Of a stretch of 64,000 nucleotides of DNA, positions 10,523 to 23,565 are shown in pieces (the first letter of the stretch is position 1; the number at the start of each line of letters is the position of its first letter). The stretch is taken from contig OX597828.1 in NCBI GenBank assembly GCA_951406725.2, positions 68,076,001 to 68,140,000 on the forward strand, in the 5' to 3' direction. The DNA comes from Octopus vulgaris. Its lineage: Eukaryota. The notes beneath the pieces are model-generated. The model did no database searches, was not told where the DNA came from, and saw only the letters and a program-made list of their open reading frames with translations. A program made the translations under genes and the position numbers.

Positions 10523-11797
10523 TTGGGTCATCTCATAGATAATGCAGTTTTTTTATACTTCTTTTATTTCTCAAAATTAAGAGAAACAAACTTCTTTTTT
10601 AATCAAAAATATACTCTCCTTCATTTTCTAGAATGCTCTCCCATCTATCTGGTAGACTTGCAAGACCCCTCTTCCAAAATTCACTTGTCTGTGACAAAAA
10701 ATAATCCTCCATTATTGTTCTCACCTCGTCTACAGAATTCATATTTTTTCTAACCATATGATTTTGAAGACTGCAGAATAAATGATAATCAGACGGGCAA
10801 TGTCTGGCAAACATAGTGGGTGGGGCATCATTTCCCATTTAAATTGCTCCAGCCATTGGAATGTCATCCTTGCTGTATGTGGCCAAGCATTATCCTGATG
10901 GAAGAACACCTTTTGTCTTGAAACCAAAGATGGCTATTTTGCTTCTAGCACTGACTTAAGCCCCTCAAGCTGCTCACAGTATATCATCTTTATCATTTGG
11001 TTTGGGTTTAAAAGTTCATAGTAGACTAAACCTTTCACATCTCACCAAACAAATAACAATACCTTACATGGGTGAAGACCTTCTTTAGCCTGGGGTGTCA
11101 GTGTTTCTCCTTTCCGTACCCACCGTCTTCAGTACTTGACATTTTAAAAAGAACCCATTTCTTGTCACCAGTCACTATTCAGTTCAAAAAAGGTTCATTC
11201 GCGAGATGTGAAAGCAAAGAGCACACATTCACTCTCCACATGCGATTAGACTCGGAAAGTTTGTGAGGAACCCAGTGACCGAATTTGCTGACTTTTCCAA
11301 TGGCACGCAGGTGTCGATGAATGGTTGAATAACCAAATCCAAGCTTCTCTGCTAGTTCTTCAACAGTTACAATGGGATTTTATTCTATCAGGGTTTGCAG
11401 GACGTCTTCGTTGAACTCTACAAATCTTCTAGGGTGAGGCTTGTCTAGGCTGTAATTTCTGGCTCGGAATTTCTGGAAGAACCATGGACACTGGCTTACA
11501 CTTGTTGTCCGATCCCCATATACTGCATTAATATTCCTTGCACTTTCCATTGCGTTGTTACCTTTATTGAACTCATAAAGCAAAATATGCCAAATATGCT
11601 CCTTTGTCACTTCCATTATAGCTTTGAAAAAATAATTGTTAAAATTGAATGCACTCTTCAAAACTTGCACTAAGAATAAGTACAAGGTAAAATTACTACC
11701 TGATTTTATAGCAAGTTGATGCAGGTAGTTTATCCTGTCCCCCTCCGACTTTTAGTTGATGCAATTGAAAAAGCAGCATTATTTATGCGATGCAGTA
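10523..11797 (-). mobile_element. Near full-length decayed mariner (DD34D), ~1.27 kb
   Basis: TA-flanked TIR ttgggtcatctcatagataatgc, HTH region HILLYEFNKGNNA, VTGDKKW, FHQDNAWPH, PSDYHLF; multiple frameshifts. Confidence 0.9.
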
Positions 11798-11959
11798 TCC
11801 ATTAATAAAGAAGTTGGGTGTCTGAAGAGTTGCCTATATTGCTAAAAATAATAACAGATATGGAACCAATGGTACCTTTCTGACCAGCCATAAACCAATG
11901 ACTACATAAAATACACACAGACACACACACACACAAAGCACTTTTTCAGTTTCTTTGTA

Positions 11960-12410
11960 TCAGTTGTGATACCAGTGCCGGTGGTACATAAAAGAACCAT
12001 CTGAACGTGGCTATTGCCAGCGCTGCCTGGACTGGCTTCTGTGCCAGTGGCACGTAAAAAGCACCAACCGATCGTGGCCATTGCCAGTCTCACCTGGCAC
12101 CTGTCCTGGTGGCATATAAAAAGCACCCACTACACCCACGGAGTGGTTGGCGTTAGGAAGGGCATCCAGCTGTAGAAACACTGCCAAATCAGCTGGGCCT
12201 GGTGCAGCCTCCTGGCTTCCCAGAACCGGGTCGAACCGTCCAACCCATGCTAGCATGGAAAACGGATGTTAAACGATGATGATGAAATCTACTCAAGGAT
12301 TTAATCAACTCAGGGCTATAGTAGAAAACATTTGCCCAAGTTGCCACACAGTGGAATTGAACCCAGAAACATGTGGTTGGGAAGCAAACTTATCATACAG
12401 CTATGCTTAT
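11960..12410. mobile_element. RTE 3'-UTR (+) abutting a reverse SINE C fragment
   Basis: tandem ggcacgtaaaaagcacc units, (GAT)n tail. Confidence 0.8.
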
Positions 12411-13802
12411 ACCTTATAAATGAATCTTGAATTAATTAGAAAGCTGTGATGAATAAAGTGTTGTTTGAAAAGCATGGTGGCATGTTTCTATCTCATGAGA
12501 CCTTGTCAAGGAAGCTTGATGTTACCAGTCATGAAAACCAAATAGTTAAGAGTGTGCTAACAATATAGTGGGTGAACAAATGTTAACATTTATCTCATTC
12601 ATCCTATCTGCTTAACTATTTATATTTCATGCAGAGGACAACTTCTCTCCCCCTCCAGTAGATAACCCTATTACCTTGACTTTTATCTGTGTTTGTTTTA
12701 CTCCCCCATTTTTTTGCGAAATGTTTAGTCACTTGAGAGATAAACAATTTATTTTCACTGACTCAAACAATTAATGAGCAAATAAAGGCTTTGTTCAGAT
12801 TAGTTGCTTTGCTAGAAATAGTATTCAAATCTACTCTGCATTACATCGCAGTGTCTTAAAGCATGGATTTACTGGATTAATAGTCCTTAGTTCTCAGCAC
12901 ATTAAAGAGATAAGATGGTCACAGTTGGAATGTCTTTGCTCATAAATTTGCTCAGCCTGGGCTGACCTGGTGCTCAACAACAAGAACCAAGCTGTGGGGT
13001 TAGGTACCATAAGGCTGTGTGGTCCTTACTGTAGACATCAGCAACACTGTAAACTAAGCAAGTGTTTTATCAACTGATTTCAACTCCCTCCTTGGATGTT
13101 TACCTTGGAAAGGGATGACCTCCACACATTCACAATTCCAACATACAATTAGTAGAGAAATCCTATGAGGTTGTCATTTGACCTTATAGAAATAGCAGCC
13201 AAATCCCCTTCAAATCACATGCAGCTGCTTAATTAAAAAGAAGGACACATCAGGTATTGTAGACTATACTGTGTTTGACTAAGAAATATGGGATGGGCAA
13301 GACTAGAACGCTTTTGGTGATAAACCGGGTGGATCAGTTAAACAACACCACCAGTACAGACCTGGTTGATTAGGCCTGACCTGGGGTTAAACAGCATCAA
13401 TCATAATCTCTGTGTAAAAAGGAGCAACTTCAACATCAGAGAATCACTGAGGTATACAAATGGTGTATACAGTTGTCCCAAATGACTGAGCTAAAGTGAT
13501 GTCATTGAACAATGAATCATAACGTTGAAGGTTCATATCACTTCAGCCACTCACCACAGTCTTCCAGGGACTTGTTTTACCTATAAACAAGTATCACATT
13601 GTGTTGTATGATGAAAGAGGTTCCAGCCATGATCATCCAGACATTTTTTTAAACATAGCTTATATACTAAAGGATTACATTATTTAATGTGCTTATTTTC
13701 AAGACATCAGGAAGTGATTTGGCTGCTATTTTGAGTAGGTCAAGTGGCCAGATAGAAGCTCTGTCATTGACTTGTTGGTTCATCATTGTAGCATTATATA
13801 TG

Positions 13803-14165
13803 TTTCTTTATTACCCATAAGGGGCTAAACACAGAGGGGACAAACAAGGACAGACAAACGAATTAAGTTGATTACGTTGACCCCAATGCATAACTGGTAC
13901 TTAATTTATCAACCCCGAAAGGATGAAAGGCAAAGTCGACCTCGGCGGAATTTGAACTCAGAACGTAGCGGCAGACGAAATACCTATTTCTTTACTACCC
14001 ACAAGGGGCTAAACACAGAGGGGACAAACAAGGACAGACAAATGGATTAAGTCGATTACATCAACCCCAGTGTGTAACTAGTACTTAATTTATCGACCCC
14101 GAAAGGATGACAGGCAAAGTCGACCTCGGCAGAATTTGAACTCAGAACGTAACGGCTGATGAAAT
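13803..14165 (-). mobile_element. Two tandem 5'-truncated SINE B1 copies
   Basis: unit repeated at 13803-13982 and 13983-14165. Confidence 0.85.
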
Positions 14166-14544
14166 AACACCTGTTTCCATAATTTGCAGTGCTCAGTTTA
14201 AATCCTGCGGAAGGTAACATCAACCCTGCATCCTAGCCACAACCACTGTTTTCACTTTCCAGGAATTTCTGAAGATTTTTTACTCAAAATACAGAACAAA
14301 AGTACTAAGAGCAGTAATGTGTATCAATACTAACTTGCTTCCATTCAAACATGCTTCAGGAATATTCCAACCTATAAGAAAGTCGTTTCAATGTATTTTG
14401 TTGTGGAGAAAATTTCTTGCTGAAGACAGTGTGATAAGAAGCTTGTTACTACTTTTCAACCACATGGGAGCAAGTGTCTTCTACTATAGCCTTGGGTTGA
14501 CCACAGCCTTTGAGTGGAGTGGATTTGCTAGATGGAAACTGGAA

Positions 14545-15263
14545 TAAGCCCATTGTATGTGCAAGAGAGACGCTTGCACTGGTATGGTCATGTGGCGAGA
14601 ATGGATGAAAATAGGTGTGTGAAAATGTGCCACACCCTAGCAGTTGAGGGAACCTGTGGAAGAGGTAGACCCAGGAAAACCTGGAACGAGGTGGTGAAGC
14701 ACAACCTTCGAACTTTAGTTTTCACCGAGGCAATGACTAGTGACCGAGACCTTTGGAAATATGCTGTGTGCGAGAAGACTCGACAGGACAAGTGAGACCA
14801 TAACCTGTGGCCTTTACCTGGGATGTAGCCAGTCCACTTATGCATACCTTTCCTCCTTGGGACACAAAACTCTGCTTGCGAAGACCTGTTGAGGCAAGTG
14901 AAATCAAAATCGAAATCGATCAAAAATCAATGGAAATTGTAGTTGTGATACCAGTACTGGTGGCACGTAAAAAGATTCATCCGAACATGGCGTTGCCAGC
15001 GCCGCCTCGACTGGCCTCCGTGCTGGTGGCACATAAAAAGCATCAACTGATCCTGGTTGTTGCCAGCCTCACCTGGCCCCTGTGCCGGTAGCACGTAAAA
15101 GGCACCCACTACACTCACGGAGTGGTTGGCGTTAGGAAGGGCATCCAGCTGTAGAAACACTGCCAGATCAGACTGGAGCCTGGTGCAGCCTCCTGGCTTC
15201 CCAGACCCCGGTCGAACCGTCCAACCCATGCAAGCATGGAAAGCGGACGTTAAACTATGATGA
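14545..15263 (+). mobile_element. RTE LINE 3' end (ORF C-terminus plus complete 3' UTR)
   Basis: RRLHWYGHVARM...GRGRPRKTW..VKHNL, typical RTE C-terminus, followed by tandem-unit UTR and GAT tail. Confidence 0.9.
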
Positions 15264-15904
15264 TATATATATATGTGTGTGTCTGTGCTTGCCTCCTGCC
15301 ATTGCTTGACGACTGATGCTGGTGTGTTTATGTTCCTGTAACTTAGTGATTTTGCAAAAGAGACCGATAGAATAAGTACTAGGCTTACAAAGAATAACTC
15401 TTGGGGTCGATTTCCTTGACTAAAAACTCTTTAAGGTGATGCTCCAGCATAGCCACAGTCAAAATGACTGAAATATGTAAAAGAATAAAAGAGTAAATAT
15501 AAATACACTGAGTCATTTTGCAGTGTTCCCTAATCCGGCCGGTGGATGCATGCATTTCAGAGTGGTTGCCTCCTCTTCAGCACTGCAAACCAACAAGACA
15601 GGTGTGTTTACACCTGTTTACTGTGAGAAATTTTCTCTGTCACAAAATAGTGATTGGATATTTTCTTATGGGTTCAAATATGCTTCAAGTATATTTGAAC
15701 TGGTAACAAGTTTGTCTTTATTTAAAGGGTGACTCAACACCCCATGGTGTCCCACAGTTCCACACCAATCCCAGAAATCAGTAACAGTAACAAAAATTAC
15801 TTTTACTTCTTGTTCAACCCCACAAACTGGTTCTTAATTTTATTGACCTTGAAGAAATAAAAACCAAAACTGACCTCAGTAGGGTTTGATCTCAAAATGT
15901 AAAG

Positions 15905-16420
15905 AGTCACGCTGGTGAGACCCATATTGGAATACGGGATTCAAGCTTCTTCTCTTTATCTCCTCAAAGACATACATCATCTCGAAAGAGTCCAGAAGCT
16001 GGCTACCCGCATGGTTCTTGATCTCAAGCATTTGTCTTATGAAGAAAGGCTGAAGACGCTCGACCTTTATTCTCTAGAAAATTGACGACACCGTGATGAT
16101 CTCATTCTTGCCGACAACATCATAAGCGGAAAGTGCAACCTCTCAAAAGAGCTGTTCTTCACTCCTGCTCCAGAGTGTGGGCTGCAGGACCACTCCGAAA
16201 AGCTCTATCTACGACGATTTCATCTCAATCAAAGGAGAGGGGCTTTCTCTCTCCAGGTTGTGGATCCGTGGAATAAGCTACCGGATGAGATAGTGAAGAT
16301 GCCGACAACCGCTCGGTTCAAAGTCTCTCTTGACCAGAAATGGCCTGAACTCTTTGTATGGCCACCCTCCCTGTCTCCCTACATAGCCTTGCTTTTGCTT
16401 TTTGAACCAATAAAAATTGA
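15905..16420 (+). mobile_element. CR1-type LINE 3' ORF fragment
   Basis: LVRPILEY...LERVQKLATRMV..LSYEERLKTLDLYSLE...WNKLP. Confidence 0.85.
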
Positions 16421-16734
16421 ATTGAAAAAAAAACTTCTGTCAGGCATTTTATCCAACACTCTGCCAGTTCTGCCAAACACAATACAGTGAAACATGTAAT
16501 AGCTGTGTAAATGCTGTGTTTCTCAACATAACATTCTCTTCTAATTGTGAAGAAGAAAAACCTGTAGTTGGCCACTCAACTTGCTAAAACTAGCAGCTGA
16601 ATTTCCCTCAAATTACACACTTCAAAACAATTGAAAGCCCTAGGACTACATTAGCCAATGCATCTTGTGCCTCCATGTGGGTTGCTCAGTAAGACAGAAA
16701 TAGCTGCTAAATTTCCTCTCAGTCACACCTGAAC

Positions 16735-17040
16735 AGAAAACAGCACAGCTCCCATGACTTTCACAAACATTTTTTCAAGCTAAGAGTTGCTGAAGCATGG
16801 AACAAACTGCCGGCATCAGTTGTTAGTTGTCAGAGCACTGCATCCTTCAAAACTTCCATGCTTCCTGAGATTTGCCAACACTACACCAGATTTTCTCCCC
16901 TCCATACACACACAGGCATGTATCTGACTCATACATTGTTCACATCCCAGACATTTGTACATTACTGCATATGCTTTATATGCACTTTTGACAAGTTATG
17001 GTGCACCTGAGCACTGTTTACAATAATTTCATTATTATTT
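16735..17040 (+). mobile_element. CR1-type LINE 3' end, family 2
   Basis: LRVAEAWNKLPASVVSC..SFK plus UTR ending aataatttcattattatt; also at 21740-22108, 23340-23565(-), 44515-44958. Confidence 0.85.
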
Positions 17041-17329
17041 ATCTTTTTAAAAAATAGATAAGACATTATCCTGGGTATGTTGTTGCTGAAATAAAATTAA
17101 GATAGGATGGTCATGGCTGGAGATTAAGCAAGAGCAACAGCAACCAGTGTCATTGAAGAATACCAACTTGGAATGTTGAGGAATACCAATATGAACCTGC
17201 TATAAGACATTAATATATGATAGGAGGGGTTGGCAAGGCAGGAATGGATTATCTGAAACTATCGTTAGCAGAGACTTTCTAATGACTTAATTATATCCAA
17301 ATAGACAAATATTTATGTATCTTTTTATA

Positions 17330-17745
17330 TACCTTTCACTTGTTTTAGTCATTAGACTATGGCCATGCTGGGGCACTGCCTTGAAGAACTTTTCATCGAA
17401 TGAATTAACTCCAGTATTTATTTTCTTTCATTGTCTAATGCCTCATATTTATTCTTTGTCTTTTTTGCTGATCCACTAAGTTACAGGGACGTAAACACAC
17501 CAACATCAGCTGTGAAGCAATGATGGGGGACAAACACACGCACAAAGAGACATGCATACACACACACACACACATAGATATATAGATAGATATACACTGG
17601 GCTCCTTTCAGTCTGTGTCTGCCAAATTCGCTCCACTTCTAGGGATCAAGGCTACAGTAGAACACTTTCCCAAAGTGTCACACAGTGGGACTGAACCTGG
17701 AACCCTATGGTTGGGAAGCAAACGTCTTTCCACGCAGCCACACCT
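17330..17745 (-). mobile_element. SINE family C copy (diverged)
   Basis: reverse match to family C. Confidence 0.7.
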
Positions 17746-17974
17746 ATATATATACGTGTGAGTGTGTGTATAATATGCACACACAGTACAATGTATGTAT
17801 GCTTAGCAATTGATTAATCAATCACCATCCCTACCTCCCCACCTCTCCACACCCACCCTCCAATCATTCATCTACCATCTCGATTGATTGATATACTTCC
17901 TGAATGAAAACTCGCTTTCATTTCACTCAAGACAAGCAATAAAAAGAGCTTTTAGAACGAAAACCATCTCTGTT

Positions 17975-18300
17975 TGTCATCATCATTATCATCTTCATCA
18001 ATCAGCATCATCTTCACCCCCCCCCACCACCACCACCATCATCAATACTACCATCATCATCACCACCACCATCATCACCACCAACTACCTTTATCACAAT
18101 CGTCATCATCATCACCACCACCATCACTACCATCATCACGACCCACTACCATCATCACGACCCACTACCATTATCACAATCATCACCACCACCATGGCTA
18201 CAACAATCACCCCCCCCTCCATTCTTGTAAACCATTCTGCTACCAGCAGCAGTACCATCGTTACCATCCTCATAACAAAAACCACCACCCATCACGAACA
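17975..18300. repeat. (CAT/CAC)n low-complexity tract
   Basis: direct reading. Confidence 0.9.
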
Positions 18301-18477
18301 CCGCAATTACAACCGCGCTATTTTAATTTCTATATCCTATACACAAACTGTAAATAACTCAGAGCAGCAACACACACACATAAATAAAATGGAAAAATAG
18401 CAGAGGTGGTGGTTGGGGGTACAAACAACAAGAAATGTAAATAAAATTAGAGCAAATGTATACATATGAATGCGTGT

Positions 18478-18527
18478 TTATATATATATTATATATATAT
18501 ATAATTTTTCTAATATTTTATATAATT

Positions 18528-18562
<35 letters not shown>
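18478..18562. repeat. (TA)n microsatellite
   Basis: direct reading. Confidence 0.9.
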
Positions 18563-18754
18563 GTTATAAATAACATGAAGACAAGTTAAAAAAACAAACA
18601 GTGTATTAGATTAATGCTCAGGTAAAATAGAAAGAGAAGTCTGTTTTGAGTGCATGGCTCTTTCTGCAGAGAGAATAGATAAGTGTGTGTGTGATTAAAT
18701 GTATATGTATGAATAGGCAGCATGTGTTTTATATGAACACTCATGCGTATATGT

Positions 18755-18790
<36 letters not shown>

Positions 18791-18955
18791 TTGTGTGTGT
18801 GTGTCAATGCAATATGGCTGATGCATGGAGAATCAGATGAATAAGACTAAAAAGTTTGAATAAAATTTATAAAAACCAATATCAAGACTATGAAATATAA
18901 GAATTCACTATTTATAGATTAATGTCTGTGTGTATGTATTTATATATCTGATCAT

Positions 18956-18990
<35 letters not shown>

Positions 18991-18992
18991 CT

Positions 18993-19260
18993 TCATCATC
19001 GTTTAAAGACCGTTTTTCATGCTAGCATGGGTTGGATGGTTCGACCAGGGTCTGGAAAGCCAGATGGCTGCACCAGGCTACAGTCTGATCTGGCAATGTT
19101 TCTACAGCTGGATGCCCTTCCTAACGCCAACCACTCCAAGAGTGTAGTGGGTGCTTTTTACGTGCCACTGGCACGAGGGCCAGATCGGATGGTGCTACAT
19201 GCCACCAGCACAGGAGCCAATCAAGGCGATACTGGCATCGGCCATGCTCGGATGGTGCTC
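18993..19260 (-). mobile_element. RTE 3'-UTR fragment
   Basis: catcatcgtttaa...gatgcccttcctaacgccaaccactcc. Confidence 0.85.
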
Positions 19261-21739
19261 TGCAAGTGCATATACATGTGTGTGTGTGTGTGTGTGTGTA
19301 TGTGTGTGCATCTGTGTGTGGTTTAAACCATGAAGGAAACCAAACGGTTCAACTAGAGAGTATATAGACTAAAGGACATAAATAGCTGTAGGAAGGGGAA
19401 ATTGGTTATTAAATATATTATATAATGCAAATTATTTATATACCTTGCTTTCTGCGTTTTTGTGTGTATATATCATATATGTTCTGTATGGTGTGTGTAA
19501 ATGTATCTACATCAGCAATGAGTATTCAGATAAATTCATGTTAAGAAGAAAGTCAAATTTAATTGGTATGGAATCAAACTAGAATCACAATCAAATTTAG
19601 TCTTCTTTACCAGAAATTGGCTTCAAATATTTTTTATCATTAGTGGCTGTGATAGAGGTGTTGGTGGAGGGGATTGCAGATGGGGTGGATGGAAGTAAGG
19701 CTTGCAGGGGCCGGCGGAAGAGGGACAGGGGCATGCGTGAGCAGGAAGCACGTGTGGTCAATTCGAGCAGAGACGGCAGAGAGGCAAGATGTGTTTAATT
19801 CGTGAGAGTGACCACTGGTTTCGCCAAGGTCAACAGGTAAGGCCTTTTGTATTTCTTTCTCCCGTTTGCTTCTTTTTCTGTTGTCCTTTTCCTCCATCAC
19901 ACTACAGAGGGCATGGGAAAAGGGGACTTGCCACAGGTACTGTTCTTGATCAAATTAATTTCATAATATATGCTGTGCTCCCAGAACTTTGCAATGTGAA
20001 AGGGCCCTTTAGTTTGCCCTCAATAAGAACTTACTTTGCATGGGAAAAAGATACATGCAATACATGGGTTTTATTTGTCAATGGAACTTAAATAGGTGAT
20101 GATGACTGTCTTGGAAAAGATCACCACAAGATGGTTTCCAAACCTTAGTTGGATGGCACAAATTGACAACAGCCAGATAGGTCCCTGTGGCCTACTTCTG
20201 ACCAACTCATTTAATTCATACGCACAGTTTTGAGGTTCTACAGTTCAGTAAAAATCCATCCAATATGTCATTGAGGCATCTGACACAGCAAGGTTTGCTC
20301 TGATAAAGTTAATCTAATTTCATCTAGGACGAGGCATCATCATTAGGCTTTTTCCTCTTTCCCCTCCATGAAGATACTTCAACATTCAACAGCTTGCTGC
20401 CCACTTACTTAACACTAGAAGGACTGAGTGTGTCAACGAATGCATTTTGAAATTTTAATTGCACACAATTCTAAAATTATTGGAGATTTTGACATCATGG
20501 TGCTTGACTTTTCATAGTTTTATAACATCTGTAAACACTATAAATTATAGGTTGTTTGCACCACTGGTAAAAAAAAAAATAATAAATCGCATACTACGTA
20601 TAAGGACCACATGCATTAATTGCATATTGGCAACTTTTGAAAATTGCACCTGCTTTTTTGACACATGTGACACCATTTTAGATATTCAGTAATTGCATGA
20701 ACTTTATAGTTCACAAAACAAAACTGCGGTTTAGTCAGAACAAAAGGAAATTAACAGGAGCAGTAAAACAGGTGAAACTAGTCCATGAAACTGTGGTTTT
20801 TGAAAGCCAAAGAGAAGCCGACCGTCACACTTATATATCATACCAATGCAAAAAAATCAAAGTCTATTTTTGTTTTGATTACTTTACATCAACTCCGCTC
20901 ACAAAGCTTTGGTTGGCCTGAGGCTATAGTAAAAGACACTTGTCTAAGGTACCATGCAGTGGGACTGAACCCAGAACCATGTGGTTGGGAAGCAAGCTTT
21001 TTATCACACAACCACGCCTGTGCCTATAATAGTTTTCTACCCCTCTTCACTTTTCCTTTCAAATTGAAAAACATCTTTGCAATTAATTGAGATTCTGGTC
21101 CTTCTAGTGTTTATGGCCAATCGGTTTACTTTACTGAAACAACAAATACGAAGCCCGAGTGACAATATGGTTACAGCCTTTTACACGCTGTGCCAGTGTA
21201 ACCTCTTTACAAAACCATTGTTGAACCATCAGGTGCTGCCATGCAAATACATGGAACCAGAAGTGATAGAGACAAGGAAGGCAAGGAGCCTCTGTTGAAA
21301 ACCAACTCAACAGAAATGTTGTCAATGTAAGAGAGTATTCCGTGTATGCCAATCAACAGAAATGCTTCTTCTTAGGACTTCTCTCCATAAAGTCCAAGGT
21401 TTCAGTTCATTTCAAGATCTTCAAATAGTCAATAGGGAATTGTGTCCCACCTGCTGAGAGAGTAGGGGCAGAAAAGGCTTTATACATGGTTTGAGGGAGA
21501 ACAGTCATCATCATGATCATCGTTTAATGTCCGTTTTCCATGCTAGCTTGGGTTGGACGGTTTGACTGGGGCCTGGGAAGCCAGGAGGCTGCACCAGGCT
21601 CTAGTCTGATTTGGCAGATATCAAAGAAAATCAACCCAAACTCCCTGGGAATGATGGGATAGTCAGTTGTTTTTTTACAGAGTATAACAATATAAAGCTG
21701 GAATTTTTTTTTTATGTTACTGGTGAAACTGAAAAGATA

Positions 21740-22108
21740 TTCTTGATGAATATTCTGAACGCCTCACTTCCCTGGGCACGGACACCTTGAAACTCCAACA
21801 TCTGGCAACTAATTTGGCAGACACCCATAAAATTATTAACCATCTTACAAACAACAACTCTGAGCACCTTTTCAAACTCCACCTGTCTAACACCCGTGGA
21901 CATGTTTACAAAGTCACAAAACAGCACAGCTCGCATGACTTTCGGAAACATCTTTCCATGCTAAGAGTTGCTGAAGCATGGAACAGACTGTCAGCATCAG
22001 TTGTTAGTTGTCGGAGCACTGCGTCCTACAAAACTTCCATGCTTCCTGAGATTCGCCAACATTACACCTGATTTTCTCCCCTCCATACACACGCAAGCAT
22101 GTATCTGA
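21740..22108 (+). mobile_element. CR1-type LINE 3' fragment
   Basis: DLADTHKII-like, NTRGHVYKV, RVAEAWNRL. Confidence 0.85.
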
Positions 22109-22645
22109 CTCTGGCTCTTTAATACAATTGTCTGGTTTTCATAAGTTCTGAACTAAAATCTTCCACCAAATCTTAGTCACAATTTATGTTCCTAAAACTA
22201 GCTTAATGATAGCGATGTTATTTTACTAAATTCTTTGTCATATTTAAAATGATTGGAAGAAACACAGAGCAACTCAAAATAAATATAGTAACGAAAGGGT
22301 AAAACAATGTTGGTCGTGCTGAAGTGTCTAGTTTTACATATATTTCAGATGAACATCAACCACATTAATCTTGCATGTGTTGCAGAGTTTTCCAAGGTCA
22401 TTGGGACAACCCATTTATTCCTGATTAAACCACAATAAAAACAAACAAAATATTTTTGTGAAAAACTGTGTATTTGAAGAGAAATGCCCGTAATGGGGAA
22501 CTGAATCAATGTCACTGACTCTGGCCTTGTTAAGGAGCTCTCTGTTCTTTCTTAGATTTATTAATGATAAAAATTTATCTTAAGCATATTTCGTTTTTGG
22601 ATTTGGTTTGCAAGGTTCTTGATATGAGTTCGTGTGTTGAAGCAT

Positions 22646-22899
22646 ATTCTGTTGTGTCTGGTGAGAGTCATTTTCTTTTTGTGCCTTATTATGTAACATT
22701 ATGTAACCGGTAAAATTTCCACTTTTTTCTTATTTTTATTTTCCTAAAATTTTCGTTGCAGAGTCAAAACTATTGAAAAGGTTGCAAGATGTAACGGAAA
22801 TTTTAGGAAAATAAAAATAAGTTAGTGGAAATTTTACCGGTGAATGTGTTATATTATAAGGCACAAAAAGAAAATGACTCTCCCCAGACACAACAGAAT
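22646..22899. repeat. Foldback palindrome (arms 22646-22760 and 22790-22899)
   Basis: attctgttgtgtctgg..gagagtcattttctttttgtgccttat versus ataaggcacaaaaagaaaatgactctc..ccagacacaacagaat. Confidence 0.85.
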
Positions 22900-23339
22900 T
22901 ATCTTAAGCAGTTATCTCCCTTATATTACTCTTTAAACCTGTTTCAGAGTTGTTTCCCTTTGTTAACTTGCTCTCCTATTTTTTTTAGTGGGAAACATTT
23001 TAACTTTTTTTGTTTTTTATACAAGCAGCCACCTCCTTTATTACCTTTTGGTTGTATATTTGTGTGGGAGTGATAGCGATAGAGAGAGAGAGAGAGAGAG
23101 AAAATGTTTCCTTCATTTAGATTTCCTCCACCCGAGAGGAAACATGTCGGAAGTAAAAAAAGATTTTTTGCTGTAAATATTATGAAAATGCAAAGAGTAA
23201 GATGGGAAATGTTGTACATGTTTATATGTAAGGAAATATGTTTGGTTCATAGACACACACACCAATACACACACACACTGACTTGTACATAGAACTGTAT
23301 GGAGTGTGTGTTGGTTACAGTATATTAATACTCGACAGT

Positions 23340-23565
23340 TATAATAATAATAATAATGAAATGATTGTATACAGTGCTCAGGTGCACCACAACTTGTCAA
23401 AAGTGCATATAAAGTATATGCAGTAATGTACAAATGTCTATGCTTGCGTGTGTATGGAGGGGGGGAAATCAGGTGTAGTGTTGGCGAATCTCAGGAAGCA
23501 TGGAAGTTTTGAAGGATGCAGTGCTCCGACAACTAACAACTGATGCCGGCAGTCTGTTCCATGCT
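23340..23565 (-). mobile_element. CR1-type LINE 3' end
   Basis: reverse complement of 16790-17040. Confidence 0.8.

Noticed and set aside
13556-15600. Short AG..GT bounded segments (about 13556-13581 -, 14190-14213 +, 15524-15601 +)
   Set aside because: No recognisable peptide or consistent phase chain; expected by chance in 64 kb
17888-18400. 170 aa and 127 aa His/Thr-rich ORFs
   Set aside because: Translation of (CAT/CAC)n low-complexity DNA, open in several frames, with no splice or homology support
21300-21470. ELCPTC as candidate first MYND CxxC exon
   Set aside because: Followed immediately by an in-frame TGA, with no N-SET similarity
22761-22810. Hammerhead-like ctattga..gaaa in the second palindrome
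   Set aside because: Core CUGANGA is not present
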